Origin: Ophelia neglecta
Taxonomy: Eukaryota
Direction: 5' to 3'
Length of the DNA stretch: 64,000 nt
NCBI GenBank assembly: GCA_965285935.1
Contig: OZ260665.1
Location: 44,392,001-44,456,000 of the forward strand
Below, piece after piece: positions 1-11,466 of the stretch. The notes beneath the pieces are model-generated. The model saw only the letters and a program-made list of their open reading frames with translations, was not told the DNA's origin and ran no database searches. Both the position numbers and the translations under genes were made by a program. The first letter of the stretch is position 1. Every line of letters begins with the position of its first letter.

Positions 1-743
1 GTCCTACTTTATTTTACAATATCGTGTAGTTTGAACCAGAAATTTAGATACATCCTAACTTTTTAAAATTATCATTTGGGCAACTGAAGTCCTACGCTTG
101 GGCTGCATTGCATAAACACCTACTCTTTTCCCTGCCTATTCGTTTGTATTAGGAAAATCAAATCCTGATTTAAAAAAAACCTTTCTGTGTAAAATATAAT
201 GTAGCACAATTAGTAATTTAAGTTTAAAACATCCCCATAAATGTTCTGTACAATTTCCAATGACTGGGGATTCCCTATGTCAATTTATTAGGATTTTGGA
301 AATAGCTAATGCCATAGGACATGATAAAGCCAGATTTTAAATGTCTTGGATTTGGGATGAGCCTTCTTTTCAAACTGGGAACAAGGACCACCTTAACCTT
401 TTATCACTATTCATCTCATAAGATGCCCTGGTTTAAACAGAAATATGGCATAGCCAGATGTATTTTCCATACATTAGCAGGGGAAGAGACTCTGGACAAG
501 GTTTAGTTATTAGATTGGTAGAATTTGTAGACAAATTCTTTTTAAGCACTATGGCGGCGCTTCACAGGCACTCAGGAGAGTCCTTAAACTACCATATTTA
601 CCAATAAAATCCATGGTTTATAAAATATTAGTTGAAACCTTGCTTGATAGCATAACACATAAATGTGTGACATGCCAGATTTAACAGCGCATCACATGGA
701 ATACAGGGCAAACGACATCAAATGGTATGTCATTCTCCTAATA

Positions 744-914
744 CAGAGAAACTGTCTATTCAGGTTAGTCAAGGGACTGGTAAAAACTGACCACGTTATG
801 CAGGTGACCTTAATAGGCAGGTTGGTTAACACATCGATGAATTGGGATATTATTTAGTGGCCTTAGTGGGCAGGTGACCTTATTACCCGGTGACCACAAA
901 CACAGGTTTCACTG
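744..914. mobile_element. Degenerate Tc1/mariner(pogo)-type MITE
   Basis: Left end TA|CAGAGAAAC and right end GTTTCACTG are inverted. Internal GCAGGTGACC/GGTGACC repeats. Same terminal motif as the copy at 1458-1635. Confidence 0.55.
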
Positions 915-1457
915 CTGTTATTAATGCCACATTCCAGTCATCATTAAGTTTGGCCAATTTATTACAGGTTATTGGACAGTCATCAGCAGTTTGATTTCTG
1001 ATTCAGGACCAAAAAGTAGTAATTTAAAAATAAAATGCCATTGTACAGAATTTTGGTATCTTATATAAATGCATCCTCTAAATATGACATTTAGAACTGA
1101 GCAAATATTCTGCCTTTCACACAAGCTTTGTACAGTGGCTATGTGAGTTGGGCTATCTTAAATTAAGTTTTTTATCGATTGTTTGGAAATTCATGAAAGT
1201 TGCTTCCAGCTAAAAAGGTCATAATTTGTGTTTATCCTATTCTGCATGTGGGTATATTTTTAATTGATAATGAAGGAGTTAATTCGGTGAAAAAGACAGA
1301 GTCCAGTGGCAGGGGGTCCCCCTGCATATTATTTATTTATTTTTCATTTATTTATTATGTCTATAACCTCCAAAATAATTGAAATGGTCCAATATAGGCA
1401 GTATACAACTATAAAAAACAGTTACAATAAATTTTGTATAACAGCTTTTTACAATTA

Positions 1458-1635
1458 CAGTGAAACCTGGTCTAAAGGGCACCTGGAAATTAGGGGCACC
1501 TGATAATTAGGGACAGCTACATTAGGACCCAACATATCGTTTTATATTTAAAATAACCTTGAAATTAGGGGCACCTTAGAAAACAGGGCACTTTAACACA
1601 GTCCCTTGCATGTCCCTAATTTCCAGGTTTCTCTG
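1458..1635. mobile_element. Tc1/mariner(pogo)-type MITE with TA target-site duplication
   Basis: TA|CAGTGAAACCTGG ... CCAGGTTTCTCTG|TA (13-bp TIR, 1 mismatch). Internal GAAATTAGGGGCACC repeats. Confidence 0.75.
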
Positions 1636-3714
1636 TAAGTTAACAATTGATTAACAAACAAAGCCATCAAATAATATCAGGGTCTATACTGAAAAATAAA
1701 GTATGTATACCATAATCCAAATAATACCAACTTTATTTATTATTGTATTTCTAAAAAGGCACTCTAATGATTTAAAGCCATGCAGAAGGCTTTTTTAGGA
1801 ATAATGAATCATAGGATAGTTTCCCTTATCTGTTAAAATAAAATATTACTTTTATAAGTTTTTATAATTTCCTTTAAAAAAAGTGATAATTATGGGCAAC
1901 CCTTACATCAAAAGTTTGATATCTTTTTATTATGACCACCACCATTGATCATGTAAATACCTAAACAACATACCTTAAAAAAGAGGAAAGGAATGTGCCA
2001 TAATGAGCTTTTTGAGATATTTTCATGGTATATAACAATTTCTAAGACAATGACAGTATAAAATTGACCAATTATAAAGTTCTCTGTGTGGGCGCTTTTA
2101 TCTTGAAATGAGCTATTACCATTATAAGATAGGATAAGCTATCTGTTACTGATAAAGTATTCCCAAGGACCCATGTTACGGCACCTTTGACAGTGGATAA
2201 CCCAGCACAATGTTTGTAGTAGCCTGAAGAAGGGAGTTTGGCATTGAAAGCCTCCAAATGATTTTTCTGCTTTAATGTCTCATGCTATGCATTCCAATCC
2301 ATTTAGTATGGTGAGTGGATAGCAAGTCTGGTGGTATGTAGTTCAGTTGTTCTTCAGTTACTTGCAGAGAGATATTTATATTGCTCAATGGATACAACCT
2401 TCTCTGAGGAGATTCTCCTCCTATACACATATTAATTGTTGTTGAAATATACCAAGAAACAATTACATTACCTTGTTAAACCAAAGATACCAATGAATTA
2501 AAAAATATTTATACAGAATTCAATGCCCACCAATCTTGACATAGATTTATGAATGCCCGAGACTGCCATTTTGTTACTGATTATCCCAGAGCCATTGCTG
2601 CAGAGCATTGATTACAAGCCTGTCCCTTAATTGGTTTCAGCAGGCATTTTTTGCATCAGGTCTAGGTCCTATATATCATCATATACCTATATACCATCAT
2701 AAACTAGGCCCTAGCATTATAGTTTAACATGAAGATGACACCTTAAAAAAATATTCTTAAATTATCTTAAAACTTGGAAAACATGGCCTTGTTGACCATT
2801 TTTGTTCCTCTCATTGTGTTCAAAATATAGTTATTTCATCCTAGAAACACATGCAGCATTTTTTATAGATGCCAAGCATATCCCTATATTACTTATTAAC
2901 TGTTAAGCTTTCAGGAATATGAATATACTGATAGCTGTTAAAGGCATGTTCACAGAAAACAGGCCTTTTTGACTATTTTGTTTTTCAGATTGGTGTAAAA
3001 AAATGAATCTTAGGCAAAATCTTGTTAGATATTTGTGATATTAACAAGAGACAAGCATTAATTGCCATTCGTAGTTTTAAACATAATGGAACTAACAACT
3101 ATAAATGAGCAGAGCAATATACTTATAGAACATTTGAAAGGGGTTTCTCAAAGCAAATCCGCTCCATGGAAGACAAGCCGGCATCCTCTGAGTTTTAAAA
3201 ACACAGCAGTAGCTCCTTTATGGGGTTGAGCCCAATAGATCACAAGGGCTGTATGGTTTGATTTTAAAAGCGACCACCAGCAATTTTGATTTCTTATATT
3301 GTAAAAAAGATTAAGATGAAGATTTTGTTTGTTTATCAGCTACTTCACATTCATTATGGCCCAAACAATGTCTTATAATGAAAAAAGTGATACCAAAAAA
3401 GATCCCAACACATCTAATACTGGTATATAGTTGCCCTGCTTAAACTGGTAATGTCACATCCTAATTTGTACCGACCATCTGCAAGCCTGGATCAGGTTCC
3501 ATTAGATAGGGTCTTAGCCAAACCTGGTATCTAGTCAGGCTGGGGCAAAATGTATGAAAGGGTTCATCCAGCCCAACTTTCTGTGTGGAGGTTAAAATCA
3601 TCATAATGATTCTGTCCAATTTACAGCACTGTAAATCAGGATGACATCACAATTAAGTCATAATTTCCTGAAGAGTTCTCAGAACCCATTTGTTCATATG
3701 GTCATGATTTGAAG

Positions 3715-4125
3715 CATTCTGTCAGTGTTCTCTGTCAACAGCTATTAATGTTCTTTAACCACAGCTGCCAGTCTCCTCTGTCAGCATCTGTCAAAGTTCT
3801 CAGTCAGTAGCTGACGGAATTCTTTGTCTGGTAATATCATATTCTATGTTTGTGGCTGTTAGCTTTTTTTGTTAGCAGATATGTCACTGTTTCACTGTTC
3901 TCTGCACGCAGCTGTCAGTGTTTTCTGTCAGCAATTTTTGGTTTTTTTTGTTGGCAATTGTCACTGTTTTCGGTGTGTAGCAGTAGAAAGTGTCCTCTTC
4001 TTGTAGCTGTCAGTGTTCTCTGTCACTAGCTGTTATTGTTGACAGCCAGAAACTACCATAGTTCAGTAATTGTAAGAGTTCTCTGTTAATAGCTGCCAAT
4101 GTTCTCTTATAGTATAGCTGTCAGC
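3715..4125. repeat. Degenerate ~23-bp minisatellite (consensus ~AGCTGTCAGTGTTCTCTGTCAGC)
   Basis: Consecutive units such as agctattaatgttctttaaccac / agctgccagtctcctctgtcagc / atctgtcaaagttctcagtcagt. Confidence 0.7.
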
Positions 4126-7100
4126 ATTCGCAACCAATTTCATTGAAATCATTTTAGCTATTACAATTTTTTATAAATTTGCACAAGTGCAACAATCATT
4201 TCCTTACATTCCAGAGAAGCAATGGTATAAATGAATACTGCCAAAATCAATTTAGGCAGCATTTATTTATTTAATATCAGTACGAACAATTATTTTAATT
4301 TTTAACTTCTGGAAGAAAAATTATACAACAATTTTCTTCCAAAAATATTTACAATAAGGCCAAGAAAAAAAAAATTACTTCTGTTCAGGCTGGAATGAAA
4401 AAACTAACAGACAAGAAGCATTTTTTTCTTTTTACCATGATGCTAAATTGGTAGACTACACAGTGAATCAGAACCAATTTTTTTTTATTTATCTTACATA
4501 TGGTTTAATAGTAGTAAGAATTTTGTTTAAGTAAAGGGCTCATCTTATCAGAAAGGTAGTTATTGTATGATTGTTTTAAAATATGTTCATTGTATATCAA
4601 ATTACCTATTAAATAATGTTTACCTTCATGGACATGTATACAGTTTATGTAGAATCGGGTTCTTTAAGCTGAATGGACTATAATCTCTGCTTGGGCTCAT
4701 TGTAAACATTTCTGTGATTCATGCCCAAGCCTTTTCCTCTCTTTCTTTGTAGAGCCTGAAAGAAAATTGAAAAAAGTAAAAACCTCAATATTAACATTAT
4801 GATATAACATTTTTGGCCACATTGGTGACTATAGGTTCATGTTGACAAATACCATGTTAGTTTAGTGATTACAAAAAACCAAGCAGTGTGGTTTAAGATT
4901 TTGGAGATTATCATAAACACCATCTTATAAATGGTTATTTGAGTTAAACTAGGAAGTGTTCACACTAACTGTGGGAAAAGTCAATCCAAGATTCAGGAGC
5001 ACTCAACAGCATCTAATACCTTCAGACACATGTGCCTGGTTTATAAAACTGACAGCCACATTACTTACATGTAGCTGGTGGTGTTAAATTACTGCTGGAG
5101 CACTGCTGAGTAAACAGTGTCCAATTTACATTTGAATCCGTCTGACTGCGCCTTATCAGCCGCCGGCCTGTTTATCAAGCATACATTGCTGACCTCAATA
5201 TGCTCTCCAAATCATAAAAGGTTTACAAAACCTGAAGCATCCAGACTGAGACAGTAGAACGTATATACAAATGAATACACAATTTAATAATCTTCAAGCA
5301 AATCTCAATACCGTTGGAAGAATGAAAATCCTTAGCCCATAAAAGTATTGCTAAATCAGCCTTCAGATCATGGTATAATATTTTGCAGCCATATAACATA
5401 TTGTATTAAATCAGTACTTAACAGCGTGGCTTCAAACAGTTCTCTATGTAAACTGTAGATCCAATCTATAAATAGCATACATCCGCTGGCATACTCTGCT
5501 CTCCACAGAGCCTTAACTGCTTACAGCAGTATAGCTTGCTATATAACCTTCTGCTATGGTTCAATGCACCGTTAAGGGTTGTCAAGGCTGACAAGCCTCC
5601 ATAAGCAATTGTATGACATCATTAAACATGTGCATTGCTGTACACCATTTGGCTTCATAAAGAACAATTGTCAAACACATGCATGTAAAGTCAGTTCACG
5701 TCTGAACAATTTAATGTTCTTATCATACTCTGTGTATTCCCAAAGAATATTATAAGATGTTGCGTTAAGCTATTGTTCTTTTTCCTGCGGCCAAAATTTA
5801 TAAGGCATAATACTTATAATACTTATAAAAAGTGAGAAAAAAATATATATATTTATACAAATAAATATATATATAACTTCATTTGCCCTGAAATAAGATA
5901 AAACTGATTTTCATCAACTATTTTAATGTAATATTTTATTATTATGCATACATATTCATGTTAAATTAATGACTTAATTGGCAATGGCCAGTTTAAGTTT
6001 TTTAAACAGTACCCAGAGGCACAATTATATGGATGGTTTCTGCGGAATTATTGAAAAATGCATGCAACTATAACTAATTAATTAACATACAGTCCATAGA
6101 GTGCATACATTTACACAAATCCCTTACTTTCTGTAACACTAACCCACAAGACCAAGCTCTCAGGTGCAAAAAACTTAATTAAATATTGATACAGAAAGGA
6201 GGACTTTTGTCATATATTGGGGCTTGAAACTTTTTTTCATTCAAATGAAGACAAAATATCTAGCCAAACAGCCATGTCCCATACAGCCATGTCAATACAA
6301 GCCGTGCAGTGTGTTCGTAATATGAGATTTAAACAGAAATCATATGCATCATTGCTGAGAAGTACCTTTCCTTGTCTTAAAATGTGTATTCAGAGAAAAA
6401 AGTTTTGGATGATGGAAATTTTTATTATGCTAACATCATTAGTTTGACTCTGTTGAAAAGAACTAGCAGGGACTTACATTTATTGGAGTGCCTTTATTTG
6501 CAGGTCTTATTTTCCAAATATGATAATAAACAATTTATGTACAGGTATATATATGTCCATAAAAGGAAATATGTGAAAATTAAAGTATTTGCAACAAATG
6601 TCCCCATAATTTGTGCCTTAATGCATTTATGACTATTGAAATCTGAATTATGAAAGACAAAATTAGGGAAACAATGTAGTTTAACCTCTAATAGGTGATA
6701 GGGTCTCATCAGTCTAATTGGGGATGATGTTTAATTAGTCTGATAAGGCATGATGTCTAAACGGGGATGCCATGCATGTGGTTGTCTTGGTACTCTGAAC
6801 ATTTCTATACTTCACCTCCTAAAAGATGATGAAATCAGCATTTTAGAAATTTTATTCAAGTCCAATTTTTCAAGGTCAAACTAATGGTCAAAGTGAGATT
6901 TGCAAATGAACCATTTGGGTGCCATACCAATGACTTGTCCCTGTGGGCCCAGACTTGTGTCATAGAAGATCCTACCACACAGTTGACTTTACATATCCTG
7001 GTCAGCAGCCACTGTATAACAATTGAATAAGTCTCATTGGAAAATGCATTTCCCCATGAATACTTGCAGTATAGTTAAAGTTCATGTTGCAAGGATTTGG

Positions 7101-10091
7101 TGGAGCCTTAGATACATCAATGTACAGAATAAAAAAAGGCAACCATTCAAAAACTTAGGAGCACACAATCCTATTTGTACCATGTTCTTCCATTAAGCCC
7201 CCTCACTATCTGTGAGCATGTTTATGCTGTCATGTCTAGACAAGAGTCTTGTAGGATGGCTCATGGGAGTTTTGGTACATACACCAGTGTGAGGCTGAGA
7301 GATATAGCCTTTTGCTGACTTAGTGCCATCTGGAGGCTCCATTACTCCATACCATAATACATACCATATATCCTTTATTCCCTGTTTAATAAAGGTTTTT
7401 CCTTCAGTCCCTAAACTTGGAACATCTAACACTTCTGCTAAGATATAGGCCCAAAATGTAACTTTTGTCATAAAGGAACATATCTTTACAAAAGGAGAAC
7501 CTATCATCATAGTAGGTTTACAAAAAAAGTTACACCCTGTCTGTCCATTGAGATAAAATCCTAACAAAATTCTCTTGGAAGCTCATCTGCCTCTCCCTCA
7601 AGGAATGTCTGCCACTACTCAGAATGAAATGGGTGTGGATACTTGGGAAACAAGGCAAACTCATTGATCAAGATTATTCAATTAATTATAAGTCAGATGG
7701 GATGCCTGCCAGGTCCATTGTCAGGCAGCAGGCTTCCCTCAAGAAACTCCCACTTGGGTTTTGGCTATTGCAATCGGCTGTACACTGTACATAAATGTAA
7801 ATGCATGCTTCATAGAAAATACATGTAGACAATAACATTGTCTGATTTAGCACCGAGTAGTAATAGGTCGTATTCCTCACCATCTTTTGCAAAATGAAAG
7901 ATTCCACAATACCAAATATTTCTGAGCAAAGGATATTAATTTTTATGTTTAAATTAGCAAAAGATTTTTCTTGAGTGTCTCATATATTTATTATGTTCTT
8001 AAATCTATTATTTTTTACCAGGCTGTTACATAAGCGATAATTATGACCATTATCAAGATCTGCCACTCTTTAAAATTCCTGTGGCAACAAGTCTTGTTTT
8101 TCTGTGGAATTTTATAACGGATAAATTGTTGTTCAGTGCAGTTTACTTTGTTTTGAAATATAGACCAGAGAATATACTTTGAACAACAGCATACTGGTAC
8201 TGTACCTTCAGTTTTCTAAAATCTAAACATGCTTTTATTTTTATTAATTAGTGGCTATTGTTACAACGCCTTTTATCTTAAAGTTTACGTTTTTTTGTTT
8301 GTTACTTTATTTGTGTGCGCCATTGGACATATTTGTCACATGGTGTCCACCCTCCTTGTTGTGGGATGATTCAGTAATATTTTTTAGTTTGATTTTTGCA
8401 TATGCAAATTTTTTTGCCCAGTTCACACTTGGGCCAAATTAGAAAAAGTGTCTGAAACTCTTCAAGGGTTTATGACGTCTTTTTCCGTCATCCTCATCTA
8501 TTTGGCAATGAATGATAATGGAGGCGTATGATGCCCTGACAGCAAATATTTATTTTATCCATGTGGCACATGCATGTGTAATGTATATTTCACTTCTATT
8601 TTGTAAAATATATATCCATGTTGTTTATTAATATACCGGTAATCGTTTACATAGTTTTCAAGTTACATCCAAACATATCGATTTTTCTTTTTGCATCACA
8701 TTTTAAATTGAAAAGAGGATAAGAATTATTTGGAAAATGTGACAACTAGGGTGTGTTCATTAAATAAAAATAATACTTTAAACAAAAACAGTGTGTGTCA
8801 CAGATCAATGTGTAGAGGCTTTATATGACAATATTTGTGAATCTTATTGTAGGTTAAGATGAGGGGGTTTTATAACTTAACAATTGGTTTTGAAAATAAT
8901 CAAAACATAATTATGTGAAGTTCTAAACTTCTGCAACATATTCTTGATAATAAAACATGAATGGAGAATTAACTTGAAGACATTAGTACAATGTTTATGT
9001 TCATTTTATATATGACAGCAGAACTGAAATATATGATTGAAAGTCATGTTGCAGAAAAGAAAGGCCTACTAAATATAGCAATATATTAAATATTTGATTA
9101 GTTATTATAATGCAAATATAATATGTGGAAATGGGTAATTCACCACCTAGTAAATTGTTTTTAATTGTCTCATTAACCTATATAACCCTTTTCAACATAT
9201 GGACTGTGTGACAGTGTTTAACTAATTTACAAAAAGAACTTACAAGCAACTATAAACCAATACACTGTTTGGTGGAAATAAAGTAATAAAAATTAAAACA
9301 TCCAATTTGGAAGTAAAACAAGACAAAAAAACTGTAGCCTGCATTGCCAAGCTAAAAATTCAGGATGAGACGGTTTTGATTCCTTTTTAACCAAAAAATC
9401 ATATTTCTATAACTTATTCATCTATTGTATTTTTTCCGTTTCTTACCATACCGTTTGCTTAAATAAAATCAATACGGTATTCAGGAAAGTTTTGCTCATT
9501 CATTTTTTACTTGGTAGCATAAAAGTGGCATTTGTCGCTAATCAGTAAACCTCATCTACATATTTGTGTTTAATTAGTTGTTAGCTCTACACACACTTTT
9601 TTTGAATTGGTAGATCACAGAGAACATATTTGATTGACACATGTAGGAAACATTTGTTATTTTCCTATGTTCCAACAGTCTACCCAAAATCTTCATTCAA
9701 ATGCTCTTTCTTCTTTAAATATTATTGCATAAGGCATTGTGTACTGCTGTACACTACAAATGTTTACCAATATACATGTATTAATCCTAGTTGACATTTT
9801 GAGGTGTAATTAACCTCCATTCTTAGCTCAATTTTAGATATACTTGTAAGAACAAAAATTCCAAAAAACTTTCAAACCATTCCCATTTAGAATTGATGGT
9901 ATTATCTTGGGAAGCTAATACTTTGACATTTGCTCGTTTATCAAGGCTTTAAGGAATTATGCACAAAAATACAATTTGAGTTTTGTGTTTATAATGTGCT
10001 CATCATTTGTTTTACTGATTTTACTGGTGCTGCATTATTGATAGGAGTTATGAGAGTTACTATTGGTATTGATGTAGAAGGGATTTTTCTC

Positions 10092-10336
10092 GGCATACTG
10101 GAAAACCTGATACGAAATACGAAGGAAATACGAGATACACAGATACGAAAAAAATAAGATAGAGTTGGGTTATGACAGGGTTAGGGGTAGGGTTAAGCTA
10201 GCAACCTTACTAAATCATATCTTACTTAACCCTTCACCCTAACCCTAACCTAGTCCATATGGCTACGTTTTAAACACCTCGTATCTCGTATCTGCGTCTC
10301 GTATCTGGTATTTCGTATCAGCTTTTCCAGTATGCC
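10092..10336. mobile_element. Mutator-like MITE with 9-bp TSD and internal telomere-like repeats
   Basis: TSD ATTTTTCTC at 10083-10091 and 10337-10345. TIR GGCATACTGGAAAA(C)CTGATACGAAATAC / GTATTTCGTATCAGCTTTTCCAGTATGCC. Internal GGGTTAGGGGTAGGGTT and CCCTAACCCTAACC. Confidence 0.85.
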
Positions 10337-11466
10337 ATTTTTCTCTGTGTTTGGAAACAAATCCTCCAAAGATGAAAATGCAGCCTCTTTTAACTAGAGA
10401 CATTTCCAGTAGAGCTAAATCTATTCCAGTGAGGCCCAGAGGCTCTCCATGGAGGCTCCCCTACTTCAGGGGATCCATGTTCATGTACACATGTGGGTGT
10501 ACACATTTTTGTTGAAAATAGCTTTCTTACATCTAGGCTGTCAAGGTTTTCATTTGATATTTATAACTAAATTTTAGAAGAGAACTTAAAAAAGAACACT
10601 TACTTTGCTCTTGGCAAAAAGATCTTATCAATTTTGTGAATGGAAAGGCATGGGGTCTGGTCAATATGGGCTTGTTTGGTTATTGTACCTATATAAATAC
10701 AAGAACTGCTCAATTGAAGAAGTTACATTAGGTCTGAAATATAACTTTTTGTTTGGCAATGCTATGGGAACAAATATCTTTCGATTTTCACCACATGTTA
10801 ATTAGTTCTTATATTCAGAATTATAACGCTTTCTATCTGTTCATTTTCCCTTGCAGACATATTACTTCTTGTGCTATTATTTACAAACTTTGTTACCCAA
10901 GTTCACCCAACAGAATTGCTTAACAGTGTACATCTACTTTGAGGGTCATGGCTTCTTTCCTCCCAAAAAGATTGCCATAATGAGAGTTACTGTGTGAAAA
11001 AGAAGTTACTGTTGGGGAAGCCATTTATGATTTACAACCACTTGACATGGTGCCATCTCCTACCTTCTCTGACCCAGTTACCTAAGCTATTCCCTTTTTT
11101 TCTCTAAAAAAAGGTGTGTGTGGCTGTATAGGGATAAGGGAGGGAGGGGGGACAAAATCACTAGTGTTTGTAAAGATAGGACTAGAACGGGTCGATTTTT
11201 TGGGGAGAAGTCCCAAAGTGTGCATGTTAACATAAAGATGAATGAATGGCTGGATGGATTCTTTCATGGAATAGGCAATACCTCATAGCTTACCTGGAGA
11301 TTTAATTAATACTAAGTAATAAAAACTATCATTAACTGTAGAGCAACATTTTATTCATAATAAATTAAAATCATCAATCCAATGGGATATGTCACAAGCA
11401 ATTAAACTTTCACCAATAACAGCTATGTTTTAAACAGTCAATGACCCTCCTGAAGACTCCCGAAGA

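Noticed and set aside
7193-7567. 124-aa minus-strand ORF
   Set aside because: TTG start, no recognisable motif and no convincing splice sites linking it to other exons.
8455-8530. Imperfect hairpin; the minus strand resembles a SECIS (ATGA..AAA..GA)
   Set aside because: Helix II spacing is non-canonical and no selenoprotein ORF is associated.
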